Origin: Eledone cirrhosa | Taxonomy: Eukaryota | Assembly (NCBI GenBank): GCA_964016885.1 | Contig: OZ024741.1 | Coordinates: 96,534,001-96,598,000 of the forward strand | Length of the DNA stretch: 64,000 nucleotides | Direction of reading: 5' to 3' | Shown: positions 1 to 10,740 of the stretch, one piece after another | How positions within the stretch are numbered: position 1 is the first letter of the stretch | Layout of the letters: each line of letters starts with the position of its first letter | Notes under the pieces: model-generated | Databases searched by the model: none | Told to the model about the DNA's origin: nothing | Seen by the model: only the letters and a program-made list of their open reading frames with translations | Position numbers and translations under genes: made by a program

Positions 1-1015
1 CGTTGCTTCAATTCCTCTATGATAATATTTAGCTTTTTACTCCTAGTTTTGTATTTTATTTCCAGTCTATTTTTAGTGCCTATGTTTTTTAGTGTCCCAT
101 TCAGTAGTGACTCAAGCTTTCCTATGTCATTTCTCATTTCCCCGATTTGCCCACTCAGTCGCTTCTTCCACCACGGCTCTGCTCTTTCTTGTCTGTTGTT
201 TCCTCTCGCTTTTATACCAAGTAGTTTCCTCACCGTATTTGCTGTTGCTTTGAGGATATTGTTGCACTGGTGAAGGCTCCTCGCCTCAAGGTATGGGATG
301 ACTTTGTTTACCTTAGCTGTTGTTTCTTTTAACTTTTTCCTGTCTACAAATCTTAGGTTCATAGGTCTCCCACTATCATTGTTCAATTCATCTACCACTA
401 AATTTAGGATGTCAACCGAATCTTGTCCTAGCCCGTCAGCATTCATCTCCTCAGTGGCCGTATCTCTGTTCCAGGTATTATTTATCTCAGTATTCAGATC
501 ATTGTCTGCTTCGGGTGGTTCCTCCGTTCTCAGGACCTCTTCACCTTCATTTCCCACTGGCTCGCTTGTCTGGCATACTACACCCGCCATCTCCAAGCCA
601 TTCTCTCTGCTCAGTTCCTCCAGTTCCAGCTCGCTTATCCACCCATTAGTTCTTATTACCCGAGCCTGCCCGGCCAATTTTTGTTCATCTAATTTAAATA
701 AACCAATCTCGTTCCAGATGTTATGCATCCGTCTCCTGTAGCCCCTCTCCTTGGGGTTACTTTTCAGGTAGCATTGCATAACAGTTCTATTCAATTCTTT
801 CGTCCAGTTGGTTCTGGCCCCTTTCCTTCTTCTTCTTCCTCCAACATCAGCAGTATTTGGTTGACAGTCAGGTTCCTGCTGCTGAGCCAGGGGGCACCTG
901 TTGGGTGAGAGTCTGTCACATGACGTTCTAGTCTGTAATTTCACCGTTATTCGAACTGTTTATGTTCGATATTTAAACACTCTTATCGAGGATTGGCGAA
1001 TGTATGGTTACATAG
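1..1015 (-). mobile_element. R4/Dong non-LTR retrotransposon family A, 5' portion (runs off window start)
   Basis: Closely similar to 9444-10457 (5' part of the element at 6915-10535). It ends at ggttacata next to (TTA)n 1021-1061. The minus-strand ORF is interrupted. Confidence 0.9.
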
Positions 1016-1020
1016 CCATC

Positions 1021-1061
<41 letters not shown>

Positions 1062-1201
1062 TGCATTTATCTTGCTTTATGTTTATACGAGTTATCACCA
1101 AGTCACAACCAGTGACCTCAAGAGACAACAAGGTCCGCCATGTTCAAGAAAGAACATACATATTCACACATGCATCCTTAGTGTTTAGACTTGTGATGTA
1201 C

Positions 1202-2140
1202 TTATATTGACAGGATCTTCCTTAGTATATGGGCAGTTCCCATTAGTACTATCTTTTGTATTTCTCCTATACGCGGGTTTCCTGGGATTTGCGATAAGTA
1301 GTCGTTAGACCCCTTAGGTATCATTCCCAGAGCGCCTACAACCACTGGTATTGTTTTAGTTCTCAATTTCCACATTTTTCCAATTTCTATCTCCAGGTCC
1401 TTATACTTGCTCAATTTTTCAAATGTTTTTATAGATACATTCTTGTCTATTGGAACAGACATATCAATTAGCAGGCATACCCTCCTTTGAAAGTCCTTCA
1501 ATATTATATCAGGTCTATTTGCATCTATTTTTCGGTCTGTTTGGATGCTAAAGTTCCACAAGATTGAGATGTGATCTTTTTCAAGTATGGGAGGTGGTTG
1601 ATGCGCCCACCAATTCTTTTGATGGGGCAGGTCAAAATGCTTACACATTATCCAATGTATGTATTGTGCAGCTCTGTCATGCCTGTTTAGGTATTCGGTT
1701 GGAGCTATAGGGCTGCACATTGAAATTATATGGTCAATGGTCTCTGGTTGTTTTTTGCATACACGGCATAATGGGCTGCACCCATTTTTTATTATGTTGG
1801 CTTGGTAATTTTTTGTTGGCAGACACTGATCTTGTGCCGATATAATCAGTCCTTCAGTCTCCGATTTCAGTCCAGAGGATGCCAACCACTGATGGGTTAA
1901 AGTTTTGTCAACATCAGGATTGTTAGCTCGCTCTGGGTATTTTCCATACAGAGGCTTTTCTTGCCATTTCTTAGCCAGTTTCTGTAGCAGTTCTTTCTTT
2001 GCAGTTACTTTTACCTGCTTTGCTTTTTCTGTGTTTTCCATTTCAGCAGTAAATGGGACTTCTGAAATTTGTAGTCCATTACTGTATCTAATTGCATCTT
2101 TTGTAATGGAATATGATCTTTTGATGCTTTCGTGTTTCAA
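1202..2140 (-). CDS. R4/Dong C-terminal CCHC zinc knuckle + restriction-like endonuclease
   Basis: CRVC..ETIDHIISMC, RHD, RPDII..LIDMSVP..KLSKYKDL, IPVVVGALG. Confidence 0.85.
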   Translation of the reverse strand: MKHESIKRSYSITKDAIRYSNGLQISEVPFTAEMENTEKAKQVKVTAKKELLQKLAKKWQEKPLYGKYPERANNPDVDKTLTHQWLASSGLKSETEGLIISAQDQCLPTKNYQANIIKNGCSPLCRVCKKQPETIDHIISMCSPIAPTEYLNRHDRAAQYIHWIMCKHFDLPHQKNWWAHQPPPILEKDHISILWNFSIQTDRKIDANRPDIILKDFQRRVCLLIDMSVPIDKNVSIKTFEKLSKYKDLEIEIGKMWKLRTKTIPVVVGALGMIPKGSNDYLSQIPGNPRIGEIQKIVLMGTAHILRKILSI

Positions 2141-3714
2141 AACGGATTGTTTGTCTCATCATTCTTCGGAAGCAGGAATGTAATGCCGTTAACTAGCCAT
2201 GAAGGTATCTTTTCTGGCTCCTTAACTATTTCATTGTAAAGCTGGGCTAACAGCTCATGAGACTCTGTGAAGGCATTTATCCAAAAGTTTTGTATTTTGT
2301 CTTTTCCTGGGGATTTCCATTTGTTGGTTTTTCTTAGAGCCAAGCGCAACTGTTCAACTGTTATATTTTCCCATGTTTGTTCCTCAAGGTGAGCTGTATC
2401 TTTCATTTGTCTGTCTATCCATGGGGCATGTATGTTATGAACTTTTTCTTCGGCCGAGATCTTTTCCCAGAATTCTTGCACTTCCTCCTTGGGTGGTATT
2501 GATTTAGCAGTTATTGTTGACTTACCAATTTTTCTGTAGAAGTTTCTTTGGTTGTTTTTGAACATATTATTGTCCTTATAGAATCTAGATCGTTTTTCAA
2601 AGCGCCTTATACGAGCAGCTTTGGCCGACACTTTTTGCTTGATTATTTCTATCAGCATGTATATGTCACATGTTGATTTTATACTGTACCTTCTTTTCAA
2701 TTTTCTAAGTTTAGTTTGTTTAACATGTTCACCTACTTTATAGTTTGTTAAAATTTCTATGTCAGATCGGAGAACGTTTATTTGGCGATTGATGTTCTCT
2801 TGCCAAGTAGATTTCTTGTGGGAATTCCTTTGTTTTTTCATCTTCACTCCACATAAGTGAGTGGTGACTTTAGCCGATGCATAATAGAGATGATTTAAAT
2901 CAGTAATGTTTAGTTTGTTTGTGATGATAATGTTTTTGAGAATTATGTTAGTCTTGTGTATTATCTTTTGGTTCTGTTTGGAGTTCTGGATCTTAGGGAT
3001 GGTGTCTCGTTGCCCCATGTCAGATTCTTTCATTTTCATCCATTCGATCATAATTTCATCCTTCAAGTTGACAAGTTCATTCTCATTCATTTCTTTATCA
3101 TTTACGATCTCATTATTTTCATTTGGAATTTCATCCTGAGCATGCACTCCCTCCACTTTTTCGATAATTTCTTTAATTTTTTCTGTTGCCAGTGATTCCG
3201 CCCCAACCCTGGGATTCGAAGTGTTACAGTTTACCTCGTTTTCACTGACACATGTTTCATTTTCCCTTCGCTGACTTTGTGTTAATAGCTTGATCTGATC
3301 AATTTCTATATCAGTTAGTAACTTTTTTCTTACAATATTTCTTCGTATATTGGCTAGTTTGTTGCTGTCAATATAGCCTCTTTTTTCGGGATGTTTCTTT
3401 TTCCAGTTGATATATGTCTGTTCTGTATTCGATGTATTTGATGGGTAGTACATGGCAGTGTAGAAAGCCTCAAGGACTTCTTTATTATCTTCCCTTGACC
3501 ATTTTTCTCTCTTTTTCTTTGGATTTCTTGGTGGTGAGCATGGAGGGCCAACAGTAGGAGTATTCCGGTTATGGGAGGTCTCCAGCTCCGAAGTGATGGG
3601 AAGGTTTGAACCATTAGCTGATTTTTCAACCCCAGTCTGGTTCCTCTCTGAGGGACGCGGCCCTTTTTTACCCGGGTGACGGCCGATCCGGTATGAGATT
3701 TTATCATTAGACAT
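2137..3714 (-). CDS. R4/Dong ORF N-terminal region up to the start of RT (525 aa)
   Basis: WKSPGKDKIQNFW and IPSWLVNGITFLLPK are pre-RT motifs matching family A (WKSPGPDGVQVYW, VPEWLTKGTTVLIMK). The ORF stops just before the expected NYRPI. Confidence 0.8.
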   Translation of the reverse strand: MSNDKISYRIGRHPGKKGPRPSERNQTGVEKSANGSNLPITSELETSHNRNTPTVGPPCSPPRNPKKKREKWSREDNKEVLEAFYTAMYYPSNTSNTEQTYINWKKKHPEKRGYIDSNKLANIRRNIVRKKLLTDIEIDQIKLLTQSQRRENETCVSENEVNCNTSNPRVGAESLATEKIKEIIEKVEGVHAQDEIPNENNEIVNDKEMNENELVNLKDEIMIEWMKMKESDMGQRDTIPKIQNSKQNQKIIHKTNIILKNIIITNKLNITDLNHLYYASAKVTTHLCGVKMKKQRNSHKKSTWQENINRQINVLRSDIEILTNYKVGEHVKQTKLRKLKRRYSIKSTCDIYMLIEIIKQKVSAKAARIRRFEKRSRFYKDNNMFKNNQRNFYRKIGKSTITAKSIPPKEEVQEFWEKISAEEKVHNIHAPWIDRQMKDTAHLEEQTWENITVEQLRLALRKTNKWKSPGKDKIQNFWINAFTESHELLAQLYNEIVKEPEKIPSWLVNGITFLLPKNDETNNPF

Positions 3715-4129
3715 TTACTTTATTTTGTCGCGTTTTATCCTTATCCGCCAAGGGGTAATCATTTCGTGTTACCACTTCTAGAACGAGTGTCAACCAAGAC
3801 TAGAGGGGTCGTTCTCCCCTAGAGACACGGCTATTCCCCGCCGGCCGCCATCCCGGTATTTCTTGGTCGCGGGGTTTTCTTTTTGTTGTTTTTTTAAATT
3901 GTTATTATCATGAGTGGTTCCTTAATGTGAGCATTGCGTGGCTTAAGAATGAAATTATTAATAATTGTCTCCACTCCAGGCACAAGGCCAGCAATCACCC
4001 AGTGCATTACAATAATATAATATTCTTTTTGTTGTGGTTGGCTGTTATTGTTGTTGGCTATGTCGGTGGTGGTGCCGGGGCTTTTTATATTGTTGGTGAG
4101 GAAGGGGTGAGCCAGCAATCCCATAATTC

Positions 4130-4840
4130 TTGATGTGGCCAGGTCACTAAGTCAATCTATTTATATCTTTTGCTAGCCTCTCCCTTGTCTAGTGATACCG
4201 CCACCTTCCCCTTTCTCTCTCAAGTTAACAGGGGAATAGTGGTGGTAGCATTGAAGGAGTGGTGGCGGCGGGGAGATGTGGGAGACAGTAGCGACGGTAT
4301 CGATACTGAGACAGTGGTGGTGGTGATGTCGATACCGAGGCAGTGGTGGCGGTGATGTGATCATATTACTGTAGCGATGGTGTTGTAGCGGTGGCCGCAA
4401 TGAAGGAGTGGTGGCGGAGGTGATGGGATAGTGGTGGTAATGATGGCAGTAGTGAGTGGTGGTGGTGAAATTGCCGTTATCTGGCTGGTGTGTTTAGTGT
4501 ACACAGAGAGGTGATGGGGTAGGTGTATCTAGTTTCTGGTGTTGTTTGGCTGTTCTATATAGCGTAGACAGAGAGGGGGAGGGTTCTTCTTCCATTTATA
4601 GCCATTTTCTATTTTGAATATACAATGTACAATACAAAGTTGAATATTTGAATATTTGAGCCTTATAACAATATATTTCGGGTTCGAATTTTTTTTGGGC
4701 TCAAGCCGGATGCTTTACGTAGCATTTGTACTAAGAGATATTATTTCACAAATGATTTAAATATGTTAAAAATTCAAAACTTACGGGAGCGATTTCATGA
4801 CCTTCTACCACCTCGTGCGTCTTCTTCCCTTTATTATTAT
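4130..4840. repeat. Segment duplicated at about 11631-12468
   Basis: 4457-4830 aligns by eye with 12094-12468 (ggtgaaattgccgttatctggctg...aaaacttacgggagcgattt). 4130-4400 is a diverged copy of the 440-bp unit. Confidence 0.85.
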
Positions 4841-6849
4841 ATCCATCCACGACAACCTCCACCTCATGCGATACATCATAGAGAGGGTAGCTAAGGAACC
4901 TGGCACGGGTGGGTCCTTGATCAATTTAGATCAGTCGAAAGCTTTCGATAGGGTCGACCATCGTTACCTAGCGGCCGTCCTGAGGGCGGCTGGCTTTGGG
5001 CCCGTCTTCAGAGGCTGGATCGCTGCCATGCACAGCGACATCTGCTCTGTGGTGAGAGTGAACGGTCACCTGTCGGAACCGTTTAACATCATGCGCTCGG
5101 TCCGCCAAGGATGTCCCCTCTCGTCCCTCTTGTACGTATTGACTCTCGAGCCATTACTGCACAAACTGGAGACGTTGAGGGGAGTCCCGCGCGAACTAGG
5201 ATGCGGAAGATCAGTGTCAGCATATGCGGACGATGTCACCGTAGTGGTGTCGAACGCCAAACACATCGAGGCGATCGGCACTACTCTAAGAGAATACGAA
5301 GCGGTGACAGGAGCAATGATCAACCAGGAAAAGTCAGTGGGCCTGCAGCTCGGCACCTGGAGAGGCAGGTCCATGCCGTCCAACAGCGTCGTCGGACGCT
5401 GGACGGACGGACCGGTTAAATTGCTAGGGGTCTGGTTCGGTCCGGACCTCCAGACGGACAAAAACTGGGACGAGGTGACGAGCAGGGTGGCTTCTCTCAC
5501 CCAGAAATGGGCCGAGAGGAAGCTATCCCTGAAAGGTCGAGCGGAGGTGGCTAACGCGTACATCGCGTCTGTCATCTGCTACCGCCTAACCGTCGTACCT
5601 TGTCCTAAGCCTCGCCTGACTGCGCTGGAGTGTTTGCTCTTTCGCTTTTTGTGGAAGGGACGTGCTCCGATGGTCAGGCGGTCCATCTGTTGTCAACACC
5701 CGCTACGTGGAGGGCTGGGCATGCCGTGGCTGATGATGCGCAGGCACGCGCTCAGGCTACGACATCTCCACCTCTTCCTCGACGGTGATCAGGTGTGGTC
5801 GCCGTTTGCTAGACACGTATTTCCCCAGCTCGTTTCCTTGACGGAGCTGCAGTCCTGGGTCAAGCGAAGACCGAGAGGGAGCGCCTGGAGACTGGAATGT
5901 CTTCAGGCGCTCACAGCCCTCGACCAATCGGGCAATGTGATCGGTGGAAACTCCACCTCGGCGTTCTATAGAGGATTAGTGGAGGGGAAGAGCGATGACG
6001 TACTTGGGGAAACTCTAGGCGTCGACGAAAATCAACTAGCCAATCTCTTCGGAAGAACTTTCGGGCCAGGGCCTATGGACAACTTCCAGAAATCTCTGGC
6101 CTGGCAGTGCTACCGAGGAGCCTTGCCAGTTCGGGATAAACTCTACAGGCATGGAGGTGCCGTCAGCCGGGCATGTCCGAGATGCGCGCAGGGCGACGAA
6201 ACCGTCCTGCACGCACTCGTCCAGTGTCCGAAAATTGCTGACTTGTGGGTTTATGTCGAACACCTGCTGTCGCGTTTAGGACGGATCCGGCTATCATCTG
6301 AGTCCATCGTGAGGATTGCCCCGCCCTCCTCCTTTAGCCGGGAAGGGCAGGCAGTTTTTATCTGCCTGGTGGCCATGGTGAAAGAGATAGTATGGTGGAC
6401 ACGTTTGAAAGGGCTGAAGACGAGCACTTACCTCTTCGGTGATGCTCTGTGTGACTTTTTCAAATTTCATTTGAAAAGGAAAATCAGAGTAGAGAGGGAA
6501 GTGCTCTCTTCCCAGCATTTTGTTGAAAGATGGGTGAGAGAAGCAAGAATGGCCCGAGTGAATGGGCCTACTCTGAGTATATATCTGTAAATTAAAGGTG
6601 GAAAACTGGGAGAGGGCACTTGCCTTGGTGGTCAGGGTCATTGTGGCTTTCTACTTGGCTTTCACCACAAATGTCCCTCCGAAGTCTCCCCCCTATTGGG
6701 GAATTTTTCATTGTTATTTTCATTGTTATTTTTGTTACATCCTCTGTTTTTGTTTTTTACACGCAGAAATGCCCATTTGTACCGTCCTGCATTGTCCTGC
6801 ACTGTCCTTAATGTCTACTTTATGTAAACCCTTGTGGTTAATAAAGAAA

Positions 6850-6851
<2 letters not shown>
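4841..6851 (+). mobile_element. 5'-truncated Tx1/L1-clade LINE inserted in (TTA)n
   Basis: Starts abruptly at SIHDNL after ttattattat. GC-rich ORF2, 3' UTR ending aataaagaaatc, then (ATT)n. Confidence 0.9.
4842..6590 (+). CDS. Tx1-type ORF2 fragment: reverse transcriptase + C-terminal zinc finger, open frame
   Basis: LDQSKAFDRVDH, VRQGCPLS, AYADDV, KLLGVWF, GGLG, CPRC..ETVLHALVQC. The ATG at 4797 lies in the flank. Confidence 0.9.
   Translation, partial: SIHDNLHLMRYIIERVAKEPGTGGSLINLDQSKAFDRVDHRYLAAVLRAAGFGPVFRGWIAAMHSDICSVVRVNGHLSEPFNIMRSVRQGCPLSSLLYVLTLEPLLHKLETLRGVPRELGCGRSVSAYADDVTVVVSNAKHIEAIGTTLREYEAVTGAMINQEKSVGLQLGTWRGRSMPSNSVVGRWTDGPVKLLGVWFGPDLQTDKNWDEVTSRVASLTQKWAERKLSLKGRAEVANAYIASVICYRLTVVPCPKPRLTALECLLFRFLWKGRAPMVRRSICCQHPLRGGLGMPWLMMRRHALRLRHLHLFLDGDQVWSPFARHVFPQLVSLTELQSWVKRRPRGSAWRLECLQALTALDQSGNVIGGNSTSAFYRGLVEGKSDDVLGETLGVDENQLANLFGRTFGPGPMDNFQKSLAWQCYRGALPVRDKLYRHGGAVSRACPRCAQGDETVLHALVQCPKIADLWVYVEHLLSRLGRIRLSSESIVRIAPPSSFSREGQAVFICLVAMVKEIVWWTRLKGLKTSTYLFGDALCDFFKFHLKRKIRVEREVLSSQHFVERWVREARMARVNGPTLSIYL

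Positions 6852-6914
<63 letters not shown>
6852..6914. repeat. (TTA)n microsatellite between the Tx1 and Dong 3' ends
   Basis: Pure ATT/TTA tract. Confidence 0.98.
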
Positions 6915-6915
<1 letters not shown>

Positions 6916-9900
6916 TTTGAGTCTCAGTCATTTATGTTAGTTAACTGGAAAGTTTGTTGAAATGAATATCAAGCCACTACCTGCAGCCTCAGATATTCAG
7001 GACGTATCGAAGGGTTCTTGCTGTTCCCAGCAAGCATGACTTTTGAAGCGTTCCAAAAAGCGTGAAGGGGCCAATTTTCTTTAACCATCCCTGGAAACAT
7101 TTTGAGATAGTCCCTAGTGCGCCTATGACAATCGGGATCACTTTGACTTCATGGCAGTTCCAAATCCTTGTTACCTCCCACTTTAAGTCCTGGTATCGGT
7201 TAATTTTCTCCCTCTCCTTCTCTTGCACTCTCGTGTCGAATGGGCAGGCCACATCCACAATCAGGCACGATCTTTTTTCTTTGTCCAAAACCACCAGGTC
7301 AAGTCTATTGTGTTCCAGTTTCTTGTCCGTCTGTATCCTAAAATCCCACAGCACCTTCACCTGATCGTTTTCTATCACCGCCTCTGGCTTATGCTCATAC
7401 TACTTCTCAGAATGTGGTAAATTGTTTACTTTGCATAGGTGCCAGTGGATCACCCTGCCCATCACATCATGTCTCCAGCCCTTATAGTGAGTCTGGGCTA
7501 GGTGTTTACACTCGGATACAATGTGAGCCACAGTCTCCTCTCTCTCTCCACAGATCCTGCACAGTGGGCTAGCCTCCTCCTTGTAAATGTGGTGTTTCAA
7601 CCACTTCGTTTTGAGGGCCTGCTCCTGCGCAACCATTAACATTCCTTCTGTAGCCTTTTTAAGGTCTCCTCTTTTCAACCAGTTCCATGTCTGTGGATCT
7701 CTGAATTCAGTTTTCTCAAAGAAGGTACTATGAAGGGATTTTTCCTGAAGGCTGCTCTTTCTCCTTGATGTTATTTCCTCCTTGGACATCCCCTGGCCTA
7801 TTGTCCCCTCCTTCAGTACAGTTCTGAGCATTGGCTCCTTACTATCAGTCACGTATTTGTGTAGGTTGTTTTGCTCCATCTGAACACAGTCCTCTATGCT
7901 GATAAGACCTCTTCCACCTTCAGATCTCCTTAAGTAGAGTCTATCGACATCACTCCTCTTGTGGAACATATTGTAGATAGTCAATAGCTTCCTAGTCTTC
8001 CTATCCATTTCTTTTTGTTCAGCAACATTCCATCTCAGAATTCCCGCACTGTACCTAATAATAGACACAGCTCGGGAATTTACTTCACTTATGGCATTCC
8101 TACTGTTCAGATGTGACTTTAATACGCTCCTTACTCCCCGAAGGTATTCAGTTCTAATCAATTCCTTCATTTTTTTGTTCTTGATGTCATCAGCCTCCAG
8201 AACGCCCAAATACTTGTATCCTTCCTCAGAGTAAATTTCCTTTATCATCTCACCTGTTGGTATCTATATTCCGTTACTTCCGCTCAACTTACCCCTCCTC
8301 ATAACAATGACTCCACACTTACTAATACCAAATTGCATACATATATCATTGCTGAAAATACGGACAGTGTCAACAAGCACATCCAACTCCTTCTCATTCT
8401 TCCCGAAGAGCTTAAGATCGTCCATGAAGAGGAGGTGATTGATGGTAAGCCATTCCTTTCCCAACCTGTATGCTGCTCTCACTTTTCGCAGTACACTGGT
8501 CAGGGACATCAGGGCAAGGACAAACAACAGAGGGGACAGACTATCTCCCTGAAAGATACCTCTCTTGATCTTCACGCTTCCCAAGGATTCTCCAGTTGAT
8601 GTTAACTCTGTTTTCCAGGACTTCATACTTTTGCCCAACAACTGTCTGATGTTATCTGCCACCTTGAAGATCTCCAGACTTTTGGTAATCCAAGAATGAG
8701 GCACCATGTCAAATGCCTTTTTGTAGTCTATCCATCCCATGGCAAGACCAGTGTGTCTCCTCTTGCAATTCCTCATTACCATCTTATCAATAAGTAACTG
8801 GTCCTTTGTACCACGTGACTTCTTTCGGCATTCTTTCTGTTCGTCCGGTAACAAGTTGTTTGTGTGGAGGTGATGGTAGATTTCCTCAGACATAATGCTT
8901 GTCAACAGTTTCCACATTACGGACAGACATGTGATAGGTCTATAGTTGGTAATATCCTTACCCGTGATTCGGTCTTTCATTATCAGAACTGTGGTACCTT
9001 TTGTCAACCACTCTGGTACCTCACCTGACATCAAGCAGTCATTGAACATGGTTGTCAGTTTCGGGTGGAGGGATGTTATGTTTTTAATCCAATATACCTG
9101 CACACCATCTGGGCCAGGTGATTTCCAGTTGGTTAGTTTTTTAGCCTGCCCCTTAAGAGTTTCAACTGTGATACTCAAATCAGTTTGTTGGTGTGCCTGT
9201 TCACTGATCTCCTTCTGTACTGTCTCAATCCACACTGCCTGGTCATTATGTTTAACATCCTGCTCCTATATTCCTCTCATGAATGTTTTAGTTTGTTCCG
9301 CCTCGGGGATCAAGTCGTTGCCTCTTTCTTTCCTTTGAAGCTGTCCAAACAGCATCTTCTGGTTGTTGTTGAACATGCGGTTCTGTCTATACTGACTGAC
9401 TCTGTTCTCGTATCGCCTGATTTTTGCACTCTTTGCTGCAATGCGTTGCTTCGGTTCCTCTATGATAATATTTAGCTTTTTACTCCTAGTTTTGTACTTT
9501 ATTTCCAGTCTATTTTTAGTGTCTATGTTTTTTAGTGTCCCATTCAGTAGGAACTCAAGCTTTCCAATGTCATTTCTCATTTCCCTCATTTGACCACTCA
9601 GTCGTTTCTTCCACCAAGGCTCTGCTCTTTCGTGTCTGTTGTTTCCTCTCGCTTTTATACCAAGTAGTTTCCTCACCGTATTTGCTGTTGCTTTGAGGAT
9701 ATTGTTGCACTGGTGAAGGCTCCTCGCCTCAAGGTATGGGATGACTTTGTTTACCTTAGCTGTTGTTTCTTTTAACTTTTTCCTGTCTACAAATCTTAGG
9801 TTCATAGGTCTCCCACTATCATTGTTCAATTCATCTACCACTAAGTTTAGGATATCTACCAAATCTTGTCCTAGCCCGTCAGTATTCATCTCCTCAGTGG

Positions 9901-10535
9901 CCGCATCTCTGTTCCAGGTATTATTTATCTCAGCATTCAGATCATTGTCTGCTTCGGGTGGTTCCTCCGTTCTCTCGACCTCTTCACCTTCATTTCCCAC
10001 TGGCTCGTTTGCCTGGCATACTCCACCCTCCATCTCCAAGCTAATCTCTCTGCTCAGTTCCTCCAGTTCCAGCTCGCTTATCCACCCATTAGTTCTTATT
10101 ACCCGAGCCTGCCCGGCCAGTTTTTGTTCATCTAATTTAAATGGACCAATCTTGTTCCAGATGTTATGCATCCTTTTCCTATAGCTTTTCTCCTTGGGGT
10201 TACTCTTCAGGTAACATTGCATAACAGTTCTATTCAATTCTTTCGTCCAGTTGGTTCTGGTCCCATTCCTTCTTCTTTTTTCCTCCGGCACCAGCAGTAT
10301 TTGGTTGACAGCCAGGTCCCTGCTGCTGAGCCAGGGAGCACCTGTTGGGTGAGAGTCTGTCACATGACATTCTAGTCTCCATTTCACCGTTATTCGAACT
10401 GTTTAGGTTCGACATTTAAACACTCTTATCGAGGATTGTCGATTGTATGGTTACATAACTACCGGTGAATTACTTGTCTCCGGTGGTTTCGTCACTCCAC
10501 GTGACTTTTGTGTGGCATTATCACGCTGTAGACGA
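6915..10535 (-). mobile_element. Near full-length R4/Dong element family A, frameshifted
   Basis: ORF pieces: 10387-9266; 9235-8264 (NYRPITCL, WIDYKKAFD, GIFQGDSLSP, LFMDD); 8248-7400 (YKYLG, GGRGL, CRIC..H..C, RHD); 7378-6989 (RLE). 3' end in (TAA)n. 5' limit approximate. Confidence 0.92.
6989..10387 (-). pseudogene. Dong RT-RLE polyprotein broken into four ORF pieces
   Basis: Four collinear ORFs. The RLE PD motif reads LD (HNRLDLVVLD). Confidence 0.88.
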
Positions 10536-10740
10536 ACCCAAATAAACAAACAAACAAACAGGCAGAAAAAACCCCAAAAATGAATAAGCATAAGTTTCAT
10601 TGTAATGTAGTGTTTGAATGTCTGACTTAGTTTTTCCCTTCCCTTCTCTGTCCGTCCGTTTGTTTTTCTCTTCATTTTAATTTCCTTTACGTTTTTCGTT
10701 GTTGCTGTGCTGCTTTGATTTCGATTTTTTTTTTATTTTG

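Larger units (their letters stand above)
1062..3880 (-). mobile_element. R4/Dong non-LTR retrotransposon family B, internally deleted (RT core missing)
   Basis: N-terminal ORF 3714-2137, C-terminal CCHC+RLE ORF 2140-1202, and a 3' UTR running into (TAA)n on the element strand. Confidence 0.9.

Noticed and set aside
298-741. 147-aa plus-strand ORF repeated at 9741-10184
   Set aside because: Antisense shadow of the Dong ORF. Its conservation reflects the duplicated element.
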